Assembly (NCBI GenBank): GCA_000388065.2
Contig: KB932203.1
Reading direction: 5' to 3' (one strand)
Source: Fonticula alba ATCC 38817
Taxonomy: Eukaryota; Protista; Nucleariida
DNA: 27,054 nucleotides
Shown: positions 10,645 through 19,529 of the stretch, in pieces
Layout of the letters: each line of letters starts with the position of its first letter
Position numbering within the stretch: position 1 is the stretch's first letter
Notes under the pieces: model-generated
The model's database searches: none
What the model saw: only the letters and a program-made list of their open reading frames with translations
Told to the model about the DNA's origin: nothing
Translations under genes and position numbers: made by a program

Positions 10645-13600
10645 AACGTACGTCGGCCGCCGAGGTGGCCATCGGGGGGAAGAGGGCGCCCGGGGGGTTG
10701 GGATTGTTGGTGCTGTTCCGGCGCCGGAGGCCGAAGCGCCGGGAGGAGCCCGGGTCGTCGCCAGCCAGGGCCGATGCCGGGGCCGGCAGAAGCTGGCATG
10801 AGGACACGCTCGGCTGGTGGGACTTCTTCAGCTGCTCGATGATGGCGCTGACCGTGCTGTTCTCCACCTTCTTGAGGCCCGACGACCGGACGTAGCCGAT
10901 GACATCCTTCATCTCGACCTGGGCACGGAGAAAGGGGGAGGGTGAGCAACCAGGCGCATGGTTGTGCTGGCGATGGCGATGGCGATGGCGATGGCGATGG
11001 CGACGGCAAGGGCAGGGACGGGGGGGGCATCGCATCGAGCAAGCATGCAGCCGCAGGGGAAAGGGGCGCACCTTCCAGTAGTCCGAGGCACACTGGTTGG
11101 TGACGATCAGGTAGGAGCCGCGCTCGCAGCGGATCTCAAACTGGTTCTGAGGCATGTGGTCTGACGTGGCGACATACACCAGCTCCGTCTCGTTCTCGAT
11201 GATGGCGGGCGAGGGGAACTGCCAGGGCGGTTATGCCCGAGCGGGGGCGCGGCAAAGAAGGGGATCAGCCGGAGGCACCATGGAGAGAGGGGCAGGAGAA
11301 AGGGAGGCAGGAGCGGGGAAGATGGGCCGGGGAATGGCGGCATGTACCGAGGTCGGGTTGTCCTTCAACCACTCGCTGCCGCGCAGGAAGACCAAGCCCG
11401 AGCTCTTGTCGGTCCAGTAGGAAGGCCGCTCCTTGTCCTTGTCGCGGGCGAAGCGCGAGCGCTGCTGCGTGGCACCGGCACCGCCGGCAGCCCCGGCATC
11501 GGGGGGAATGTATGCCGCACTCCGGCGCAGGGGGAGGCCATTGAGGTTGTTGTTGATCAGCTTGGTGGGGTCTGTGGAGACACCCCCGGAGGGAGGGGGG
11601 AAGAGAGGGGGAGAGAGAGAGACATGCGCGAGGGTGAGATTCAAAAAGCCGGGCAAGAGCCCGCAGGGGGCGCAGCAGGATGAAAGGGAGGGGGGGGGGG
11701 GCGCCCACCGGGCGAGCAGGCAAGCACACGCACCGGCCTCCACCAGCTTGACGATGGCCCCCTTGATCAGGCGCACGGCACTGTCGCGCTCGTCCTCCGA
11801 GGGGAGGACAAACTCGATGGTTTCCTTGGAAGCCGGCAGGTGGATGATGAAGCTGGCCGGGGTGTGGAAGGAGTGGCTGCCGCTGTCGCCCCCGAGGACC
11901 GACACGGCGGAGGACTTGTTGTTGATGCCGTAGCTGGCGGAGATGGGCTCGCAGTTGACCACCGCCAGGGAGATGGAGTCACAGAGGATGAGCCGGCCAC
12001 CGGAGGCCGACACAGGCCGGGGGCTGGCCCCGGCAGTCAGGGGCACGGTGGCCGGGTCGGCGCGACAAGAAATCAGCACATCATTGAAGACAAACACCTG
12101 GCGGTCCTCCATGAGCTTCTTCGGGCCGGAGGAGCCGGTCGGCGGGACGACGCTCTGGCGGACCGCCAGCGCGGCGAGCAGCTCGCGCCCCGGGTGCGCC
12201 AGCTCGAAGGACCGGACATCCTGCGGCAGGTCCAGCTGCTCGATGAGCCCGGCAAAGCGCCGGGCATTTGCCGCCTGGCGGGTGGCCGAATTGATGCGGC
12301 TCAGGAGCTCCTCAATGCGCGCGGTGGCTGTCTGGGTGTGGACGAAGTCCGGGTGCTCCTCGGTCATTGAGCGGGAGAGTTCCTGTGTGTGCGTGAGGAA
12401 TGGGGGGTATGTATGTATGTGTGCATGTGTGAATGGATGTATGTGTGCATGTGTGAATGGAGGTATGTGTGAATGGAGGTATGTGTGAATGGAGGTATGT
12501 ATGTATGTGTGCATGTGTGCATGTGTGCATGTGTGCATGTGTGCATGTGTGCATGTGTGCATGTGTGCATGTGTGCATGTGTGCATGTGTGCATGTGTGC
12601 ATGGGTGCATGGGTGCATGTGTGCATGTGTGCATGTGTGCATGAACGCATGGACGCATGGGTGCATGGGTGCATGAACGCATGGGTGCATGAACGCATGG
12701 ACGCATGGGTGCATGGGTGCATGTGTGCATGAACGGATGAACGCATGAACGCATGGACGCATGGGTCCATGGACGCATGAACGCATGGGTCCATGGACAC
12801 ATGGACGCATGGACGCATGAACGCATGGACGCATGGGTCCGAAAGAGAAGCGGGATAAAGCACTGCAGAGGGGCCAAGCAAAGGACACCAACGTCGCGGA
12901 GGGAGGAAAGACAAAAAGACGCCACATCCCGGCAAAAGACGCACACGCAGCAGCAGGGGGTACTTGCAAATGCGCTGGACCGGCTTGATGAGATAGGACT
13001 CCAGGGACAAACGCCGGGTGTCGGGATTGTCATTCCACAGGGCCTCAGTCTGGGTCTTGAAGGCGCCACCAGCCCGCAGGAGCCCGGACAGCACCTCCAC
13101 CGCGACCGGGTGGTTGCTGCAGTACTCGATGTACGGCTCGAAGGAGGGAAGCTACCGGGCCGAGGCCCCAGCACGGGGGAAGGCGATGAAGCAAGAGACC
13201 GAAGTGAGCCGGCGGCACGGGGGAGAGGGAAAGAAAAGGTGGCACGGGCACGGGGGCATCCATCGGGCGTACAGCTTCGGTGAGGAGCTCGGCAATGTGA
13301 ATGACCACGGGCGTCTCGCGGCGCCGGGCGGCGAGCCTCTCGGCGAAGGCCTGGAAGGGGGGGGGGGGGCGGGCGAAGAGGCCGGGGTCAGCACCATCGG
13401 GAGAGGACGCGAGGAAGGATGTGGCCGCGCCGGCGGAAACGCACCTCGTTGGCCTCGAGCAGGGCCTCGGCATTGTGGAAGAGCGAGTGGACCTCGGCCT
13501 CGGAGATGCAGGCCGCCTCGACGATCTTCTGCTTGTACACCTGCCGACCAGACGCAGGAGGACGAGGAGGAGGAGGGGGGGGGAGGGCCAGAGCCGGCAC

Positions 13601-14683
13601 GAAACAGTCGGTTAGCGCGCGGGGGTGGAGTGCGCGGCGAAGAGGGGAGGAGACCCTCGCGGAAGCGGGGGCGGGGGGGGCCCCCGGACGGGCAAGCCGC
13701 GCGGCTTCACACCCGGACTGGCTGGCGCACGCACCTCCAGCATGATCTTCAAATCGCGCACGTAGTCGGCCTCGGAGTCGACAAACTCGTAGGCCACATC
13801 CTGGCGCTTGACCTCGGCCGTGTCGAGGGTGGTGATGTCGACCGACGCGGCGTGGTCCGTGTTGAACCAGCGCTTGCGCGACGCTGCGGCAGGGTGACCG
13901 GATCCGGGGGGAGGAGGGGGGGGGGGAACGGCAGTCAGCGGGGCGGCCGCCGGGGAGGGGCACAGACCCGGGAGCAGGACGCACAGACGGGGGCCGGGGC
14001 CGGGGCCGAGGCTTCGTACGAGCCGGCGGCCTCCTCCAGCGAGTCGCTACCCTTGCCGCCGGAGCGGTAGGGGAGGCTGCCGGTGGACCGGCGGTTGAGG
14101 GGCTTCCGGCCGAACATCATCTTCAGCCCGCCGGGGCTGGCGCTCTCGGTGCTGTGGATGGAGGAGGAGTCACTGCCGCCAGCGTGGGAAGCCGCATGCG
14201 GGTCGAACCCCTGGGCGCCCATCTGGTCGAGGGACTTCTGCAGGTGGGCCAGCTGGCTGCCGAGCTGCTGCACGATCTTCAGCATGCCGGCCGGGGCCTC
14301 GGCCGGCTGGCCGGCCACCGGGGTGGCCGGGGTGGCCGGGCTGCTGGCGCTCGGCGGCCCGAGCAGGGTGGTGGTGATGCTGGCGGCCTGGCGCTCGACG
14401 GCCGCCACACGGGCCTCCACTTCGGCCAGGCGCTGGAGGATGGTCTGCTCCATGGCATCGAGCTGTGGCCAAGGGTGGTCAGGGGCGATGTGGTCAGGGG
14501 GGGGGGGAGGGCATGGCACGGGGGCGGGGGCGGGCGGCCAGGGAGGCGGACACGCACACGGTCCATGAGGGAGGCAGGGGTGTCGGCGGGGCCGGCGCCG
14601 GCAGGTGGCGGGGCGCCGAAGCCGGGGGGTGGCGCGCCAAAACCAGCCGCCGCCGCCGCCGCAGGAGGCGGTTGGGCGAACAT
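10118..14683 (-). CDS. Dbl-family Rho guanine-nucleotide exchange factor: Pro-rich N-terminus, coiled coil, DH, PH, SH3, WW, WW; 935 aa, 11 exons
   Basis: Exons: 14683-14558, 14462-13985, 13883-13735, 13540-13445, 13350-13273, 13151-12945, 12382-11734, 11571-11348, 11218-11072, 10918-10652, 10504-10118. All are GT-AG and phase-consistent, totalling 2808 nt. DH signatures: KRQDVAYEFVDSEADYVRDL, PYIEYCSN, LSLESYLIKPVQRICKYPLLLRELSRSMTEEHPD. The ATG context is CCCACCATG. Confidence 0.9.
10160..10450 (-). other. Two tandem WW domains with loop-1 insertions
   Basis: RTW-x17-YFYCPDTYETSWDLP and PGW-x22-YFFNPTTRQTAWTLP. Both Trp residues, the aromatic doublet and the terminal WxxP are retained. Confidence 0.75.
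10610..10639 (+). repeat. (GGAGCA)5 microsatellite in RhoGEF intron 10
   Basis: Read directly from the sequence. Confidence 0.9.
10862..11184 (-). other. Divergent SH3 domain split by intron 9
   Basis: The spliced sequence LVYVATSDHMPQNQFEIRCERGSYLIVTNQCASDYWK|VEMKDVIGYVRSSGLKKVE follows SH3 spacing (ALYDY..EL.F..GD.I.V....WW....G.vP..y). Confidence 0.65.
10969..11004 (+). repeat. (GGCGAT)5 GGCGAC microsatellite in RhoGEF intron 9
   Basis: Read directly from the sequence. Confidence 0.9.
11745..12197 (-). other. PH domain following the DH domain
   Basis: PGRELL..DRQVFVFNDVLISC..FIIHL..IEFVLPSEDERDSAVRLIKGAI; its position directly after DH fits. The C-terminal helix Trp is replaced by Ala. 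Confidence 0.75.
12285..13809 (-). other. DH (RhoGEF) domain, intersectin/ephexin-like, encoded over exons 3-7
   Basis: All three conserved DH regions are visible after splicing (see the CDS entry). Boundaries are approximate. Confidence 0.9.
12409..12840 (+). repeat. Compound octamer minisatellite (54 x ATGNNNNN; core (ATGTGTGC)12 at 12505-12600) in RhoGEF intron 6
   Basis: Parsed in register from 12409 to 12840: every 8-mer begins with ATG and there are no indels. Confidence 0.95.
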
Positions 14684-15148
14684 GGTGGGAATGAGGGCGA
14701 GGGAGGAGGAGGAGGAGAAGGGGCGAGGGGGAGCAAGGGCGAGGGAGGAGGCAGGCGGGGGGGGGGGGGGGCGGGTGGCCGGGCCGGAGCGACCGGCGGC
14801 GCTGGGCCCTCGCTTGGGTTGATCTGCCAGGCCCCCGGCCCGCCGGCGCGCGCCCTGCGGCCAAGAGCCGCGGGAGATCTCCGCACCGCGGGCCCCTGGC
14901 GGCCGGCAAGTCGCCGGCCGGCTGCCGCGCCCGGAAGGGAGACCGGACGGACGTCGCTCAGCTGAGAAAACCATGACAAGGGTGCCCCTGCCCACGTCGG
15001 CCCGGGCCCCCCTCCCCCCCCCCTGCCGAAGGGGTCCGGCCCTGAGCATGGGCACGACGAGCCCGCGGGCGGGCATGGACGCGCCCGGCCCGGCTGGGGG
15101 CGATCTGCCGCCGGCGAGCCCGGTGCTCGATTTGGCGCTCAGCGGCCC

Positions 15149-15170
15149 TTTTTTTTTTCTTTTTTTTTTT
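15149..15170. promoter_or_regulatory. Poly(dA:dT) tract upstream of the RhoGEF gene
   Basis: T10-C-T11 in a very GC-rich context, about 470 bp upstream of the GEF ATG. A nucleosome-excluding role is inferred only. Confidence 0.3.
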
Positions 15171-15538
15171 CGGCGCCCCCCGGGCGGCGTCGGGGCGCAT
15201 GCCGCGGGACCGGGGCGCGGCCCAATCGGGCGCCTCCCAGATCCGACGGTGTAGCCCGGCGTCAGAACGCCGGGTCGAGGTGCCAACACCCGGCCCGGGA
15301 GGCAGGGGGCGCCGGCGGGGGCGGCCCCTTGGCGGGCCGCCGGGGCGCATGCCTCCGCGTCGGCGCCGGGCCCCTGGAATGGGCTCGCTCCGGCGCGCCG
15401 GGCGGGCTTTGCCTGGTGCGGGCGCGCGCTCTCCGCGGCCCCCCCCCGCCCCTGGCTGGGACCTGCCCGCCGGCCTCCGTCGGAGGGGGGGGGGGGGGGG
15501 CGAAAAAAGAAAGGATGATGGGGTGTGTACCTGGCCGG

Positions 15539-16144
15539 NNNNNNNNNNNNNNNNNNNNNNNNNNNNNNNNNNNNNNNNNNNNNNNNNNNNNNNNNNNNNN
15601 NNNNNNNNNNNNNNNNNNNNNNNNNNNNNNNNNNNNNNNNNNNNNNNNNNNNNNNNNNNNNNNNNNNNNNNNNNNNNNNNNNNNNNNNNNNNNNNNNNNN
15701 NNNNNNNNNNNNNNNNNNNNNNNNNNNNNNNNNNNNNNNNNNNNNNNNNNNNNNNNNNNNNNNNNNNNNNNNNNNNNNNNNNNNNNNNNNNNNNNNNNNN
15801 NNNNNNNNNNNNNNNNNNNNNNNNNNNNNNNNNNNNNNNNNNNNNNNNNNNNNNNNNNNNNNNNNNNNNNNNNNNNNNNNNNNNNNNNNNNNNNNNNNNN
15901 NNNNNNNNNNNNNNNNNNNNNNNNNNNNNNNNNNNNNNNNNNNNNNNNNNNNNNNNNNNNNNNNNNNNNNNNNNNNNNNNNNNNNNNNNNNNNNNNNNNN
16001 NNNNNNNNNNNNNNNNNNNNNNNNNNNNNNNNNNNNNNNNNNNNNNNNNNNNNNNNNNNNNNNNNNNNNNNNNNNNNNNNNNNNNNNNNNNNNNNNNNNN
16101 NNNNNNNNNNNNNNNNNNNNNNNNNNNNNNNNNNNNNNNNNNNN
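15539..16144. other. Assembly gap (606 N)
   Basis: N run. Confidence 1.
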
Positions 16145-18898
16145 GGGGGGGGGGGGGCGAGCACAGGCGCCCTCACGAATTTAACTTACAGCTTTATACC
16201 AGTGTGCCTCTTTCAAGGCCAGGGGCCGCGTGTATGTGTTGTTGTGTGTGCGCGCGCGCATGTTTTTTTTGCGCGCCCCGCGCGGGCGTCCGCCCGCTGG
16301 CGCCCCCCGAGCTTCGAAGCCGGAAGCGGCGTGGTGCACCCCGCCGCGCCCTGGCCCCCCTCGGAGGGGGGTGTTCCCCCCCGCAGCGAGGCGCGCGCGG
16401 CTCTCTCGCACGCCCTCCCCCCTCGGGTGGTCCCCGGCGCTGTCCCCCCCCCCGGGCGCGCGGACGCGGGAAAGGGCGTCATCCCCGTGAAGGGGAGTCT
16501 TTCGCCGGACCGCGACCGCGCGCCGGGGTGGTGTGTCGGCCGGGCCCCCCCGAGAAGAGGGCGGACGAGAGAGCCCCCCGCGCCTCTCTCTGCGGGGGGA
16601 TGCATCCCCCCCCGTACGGGGCTCTGTCGGACACGAGGTTTTTTTGGGCCCCACTGTGCCTCGGGCACCGCGCCCGGAAGAAGCGCGCACGGGTCTCCCC
16701 CCGCGCGGCGCGCGCGCGACACACGCGCACGCGCGCACACTCGTACACATACACGGACTCTCCCCGCCGCCCAGGGGCCCCCCGCGTGTGTGTGGGTGTG
16801 TGTACGCGCGCGCCCCGCGCGCCCCCCCCGCGCGAGCGCGAAGAGAACACGCGGGACGCACACACACACACGCACCCACACACACACGGGCCCTGGTGGT
16901 TGCTGGTGACACACCTCCTGGCGAGCGCCAGGATCTCGCGACATACGAGACTCTCCCCGGGCGCGCGCGGCACACATGTGCGCGCGTGAGCGCACACACA
17001 CACACAGCGCGCGCCTCCAGGGGCTGCTTGACTCAGACCTTCCCGCGGGCTCAAGAGCTTGATGTCTTGACTTTCTCGGTTGGGCGCAGGATGGACCTCC
17101 TTTCGTCCCCCTTGTCGGGGGGGGGCGCGTACGCGCGCGCGCGCACTCCGCCGCGCCTCGGCGCGTTCCGTCTCTCTCTCCTGCACGTGTGTGCGTGCGC
17201 GTGTCTCTCTCGCTCCTCTCTACACACTCTCTTCCTGTCCTCTCCGCCTTTTCTTTCTTGCGCGCGGCGGCGCGCAAGGCCGGGCTCTGAGGCACCCCCA
17301 GTATCTCACAGGAGAGCGTGTATTTCTCCCCTGCGCTTCTTTTGTTCTCGTTCCCCAGGCGCGCGTGTGCCCTGGTCTCTCCCCTTCCCCCCGCGTCTCT
17401 CGCGCGCGCCTTTCTCCTTTGGGAGAGACACCCCTAGGGGGGGTATAGCACACACGGTGTGGTTGTGAGAGTGTGAGCGTGGGCCGCGCCTCGAGAGAGA
17501 GGGACAGAGAGAAGCACCACCTCTCTCTCGCGCGCGCCCCTTGCAATCCCCCTTTTACACGACAACACACCCGGGCCGCTCCGTGCGCGCGCTTCCCACA
17601 CACTGACCACAGCCGCCGGGGCGACAATGCGCGCGCGCGGGGGGATATCATTACACATGTGCGGGAGCCAGCCGGAGGGGGGGGAGAACGTGGAAGGAAG
17701 AGAGAAGAGGCGGGCTATGAAAGCGCGCCACCACACAACAACACACGGAGAAACTCACACATACACACGCCGTCCCCCCGGGGGGGGGGGCGTCTGTAAA
17801 CGCGCGCGTTGCCGGCACGGCGCGGCACACAGAGGGGGGGGGGAGGGGGCACACAGCGCCTCGGGAAGAGGGCTGCATTGTGTGTACACATGCACACGGC
17901 AATGGGGAGAGGGCCACGAAGAGAGGGCGCAGAGAGAGAACGAGCATCACACACACACACACAACAAAGCAGGAGCACTTTTTATCTCACTCGCACACGC
18001 GCGGCGCGAGAGGGACACAGAGAGCACATCGACACGCAGGCGCGAGAGCGCGCGCGCGCGCGGGAGCCACCTACGTTTGTTTCCCCGCACACGTGAGCTT
18101 GAAAACTCCACCCAGGTACGAGCACCCAGGCCGCCGGGCGGCTTTTAAAGCCCGGCCGTGCATTTGTCCGACGCCGCGCCCGCCGGACGCCGCCCCACGC
18201 AATAATGCCAGTCCGCCGGTTAAGGGCCGGCAGCCGCGTGATCCGGTGCACGCGTGACACTCGACTAAGGCGCCGGACGGGGCCTTTCGCGATGGCGGCC
18301 CGCCACACGAGAACCGGCATACCCCCCCCCCTCCCCCCCCGCGCCGGCCCGTGGGCATTGCCCCAAACACCGGGCACTTAAGGCACCCTCCTACTGCCAA
18401 TCCAACAGTGCATCCTGGGCGGGCTCCCTTGGCCGGGTCGTCCTTGACGTGGCCACACCCCTGGGCCGGGTGTGCCCGGGGGAAGGGTAAAAATGTGCAT
18501 TTTATTTTGCCCATTTCTGCCGCACCCCGCGCCAATGTGGGGCCCGCGCGCGCGCGCGCGCGACGAGACAGCGCGACGAGACAGCGCGACCCATAGCCGC
18601 GGGCCATCTTGCCGACTGCCGTCCGGCGCCCCCCCCCCCCCCGGCCGGGGAAGCCGCCGGAGGCCGAGGGAACACACCTGGAGATGCGATGCCCCCTTGC
18701 GGCCGGCCGGCCGGCCAAGCAGGCCGCAGACGCGCCGGAGGGGCCGATGGCCAGGCCCCCCCCCCCCCCGCCGGTCAGCCAGCCGCGCAGGGGGGCCCTT
18801 TCTTTTGACATTCCGCCCCAACGACGCCTGGCGGCCCCCGATGATCGAGCACTCCCCTTCTCCCCCTTTCGCCACCCTCTCCCCCGCCCGCGCGCCTC

Positions 18899-19513
18899 NN
18901 NNNNNNNNNNNNNNNNNNNNNNNNNNNNNNNNNNNNNNNNNNNNNNNNNNNNNNNNNNNNNNNNNNNNNNNNNNNNNNNNNNNNNNNNNNNNNNNNNNNN
19001 NNNNNNNNNNNNNNNNNNNNNNNNNNNNNNNNNNNNNNNNNNNNNNNNNNNNNNNNNNNNNNNNNNNNNNNNNNNNNNNNNNNNNNNNNNNNNNNNNNNN
19101 NNNNNNNNNNNNNNNNNNNNNNNNNNNNNNNNNNNNNNNNNNNNNNNNNNNNNNNNNNNNNNNNNNNNNNNNNNNNNNNNNNNNNNNNNNNNNNNNNNNN
19201 NNNNNNNNNNNNNNNNNNNNNNNNNNNNNNNNNNNNNNNNNNNNNNNNNNNNNNNNNNNNNNNNNNNNNNNNNNNNNNNNNNNNNNNNNNNNNNNNNNNN
19301 NNNNNNNNNNNNNNNNNNNNNNNNNNNNNNNNNNNNNNNNNNNNNNNNNNNNNNNNNNNNNNNNNNNNNNNNNNNNNNNNNNNNNNNNNNNNNNNNNNNN
19401 NNNNNNNNNNNNNNNNNNNNNNNNNNNNNNNNNNNNNNNNNNNNNNNNNNNNNNNNNNNNNNNNNNNNNNNNNNNNNNNNNNNNNNNNNNNNNNNNNNNN
19501 NNNNNNNNNNNNN
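18899..19513. other. Assembly gap (615 N) immediately upstream of DENND6
   Basis: N run. Confidence 1.
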
Positions 19514-19529
19514 CCCCCCATAGAGAGCC

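Noticed and set aside
11355-11425. SYWTDKSSGLVFLRGSEW as a third WW or OCRE-like module
   Set aside because: Only partial aromatic spacing; it lacks the first WW strand and the repeated YYDP pattern.
12364-12969. His/Cys/Met-rich 'metal-binding protein' ORFs
   Set aside because: These are translations of the intronic octamer array. The flanking exons join perfectly (KYPLLLR|ELSRS) when it is spliced out.
17545-17562. CCTTTTAC resembling U5 snRNA loop 1
   Set aside because: There is no GCCUUUUAC in a complementary stem and no Sm site downstream.
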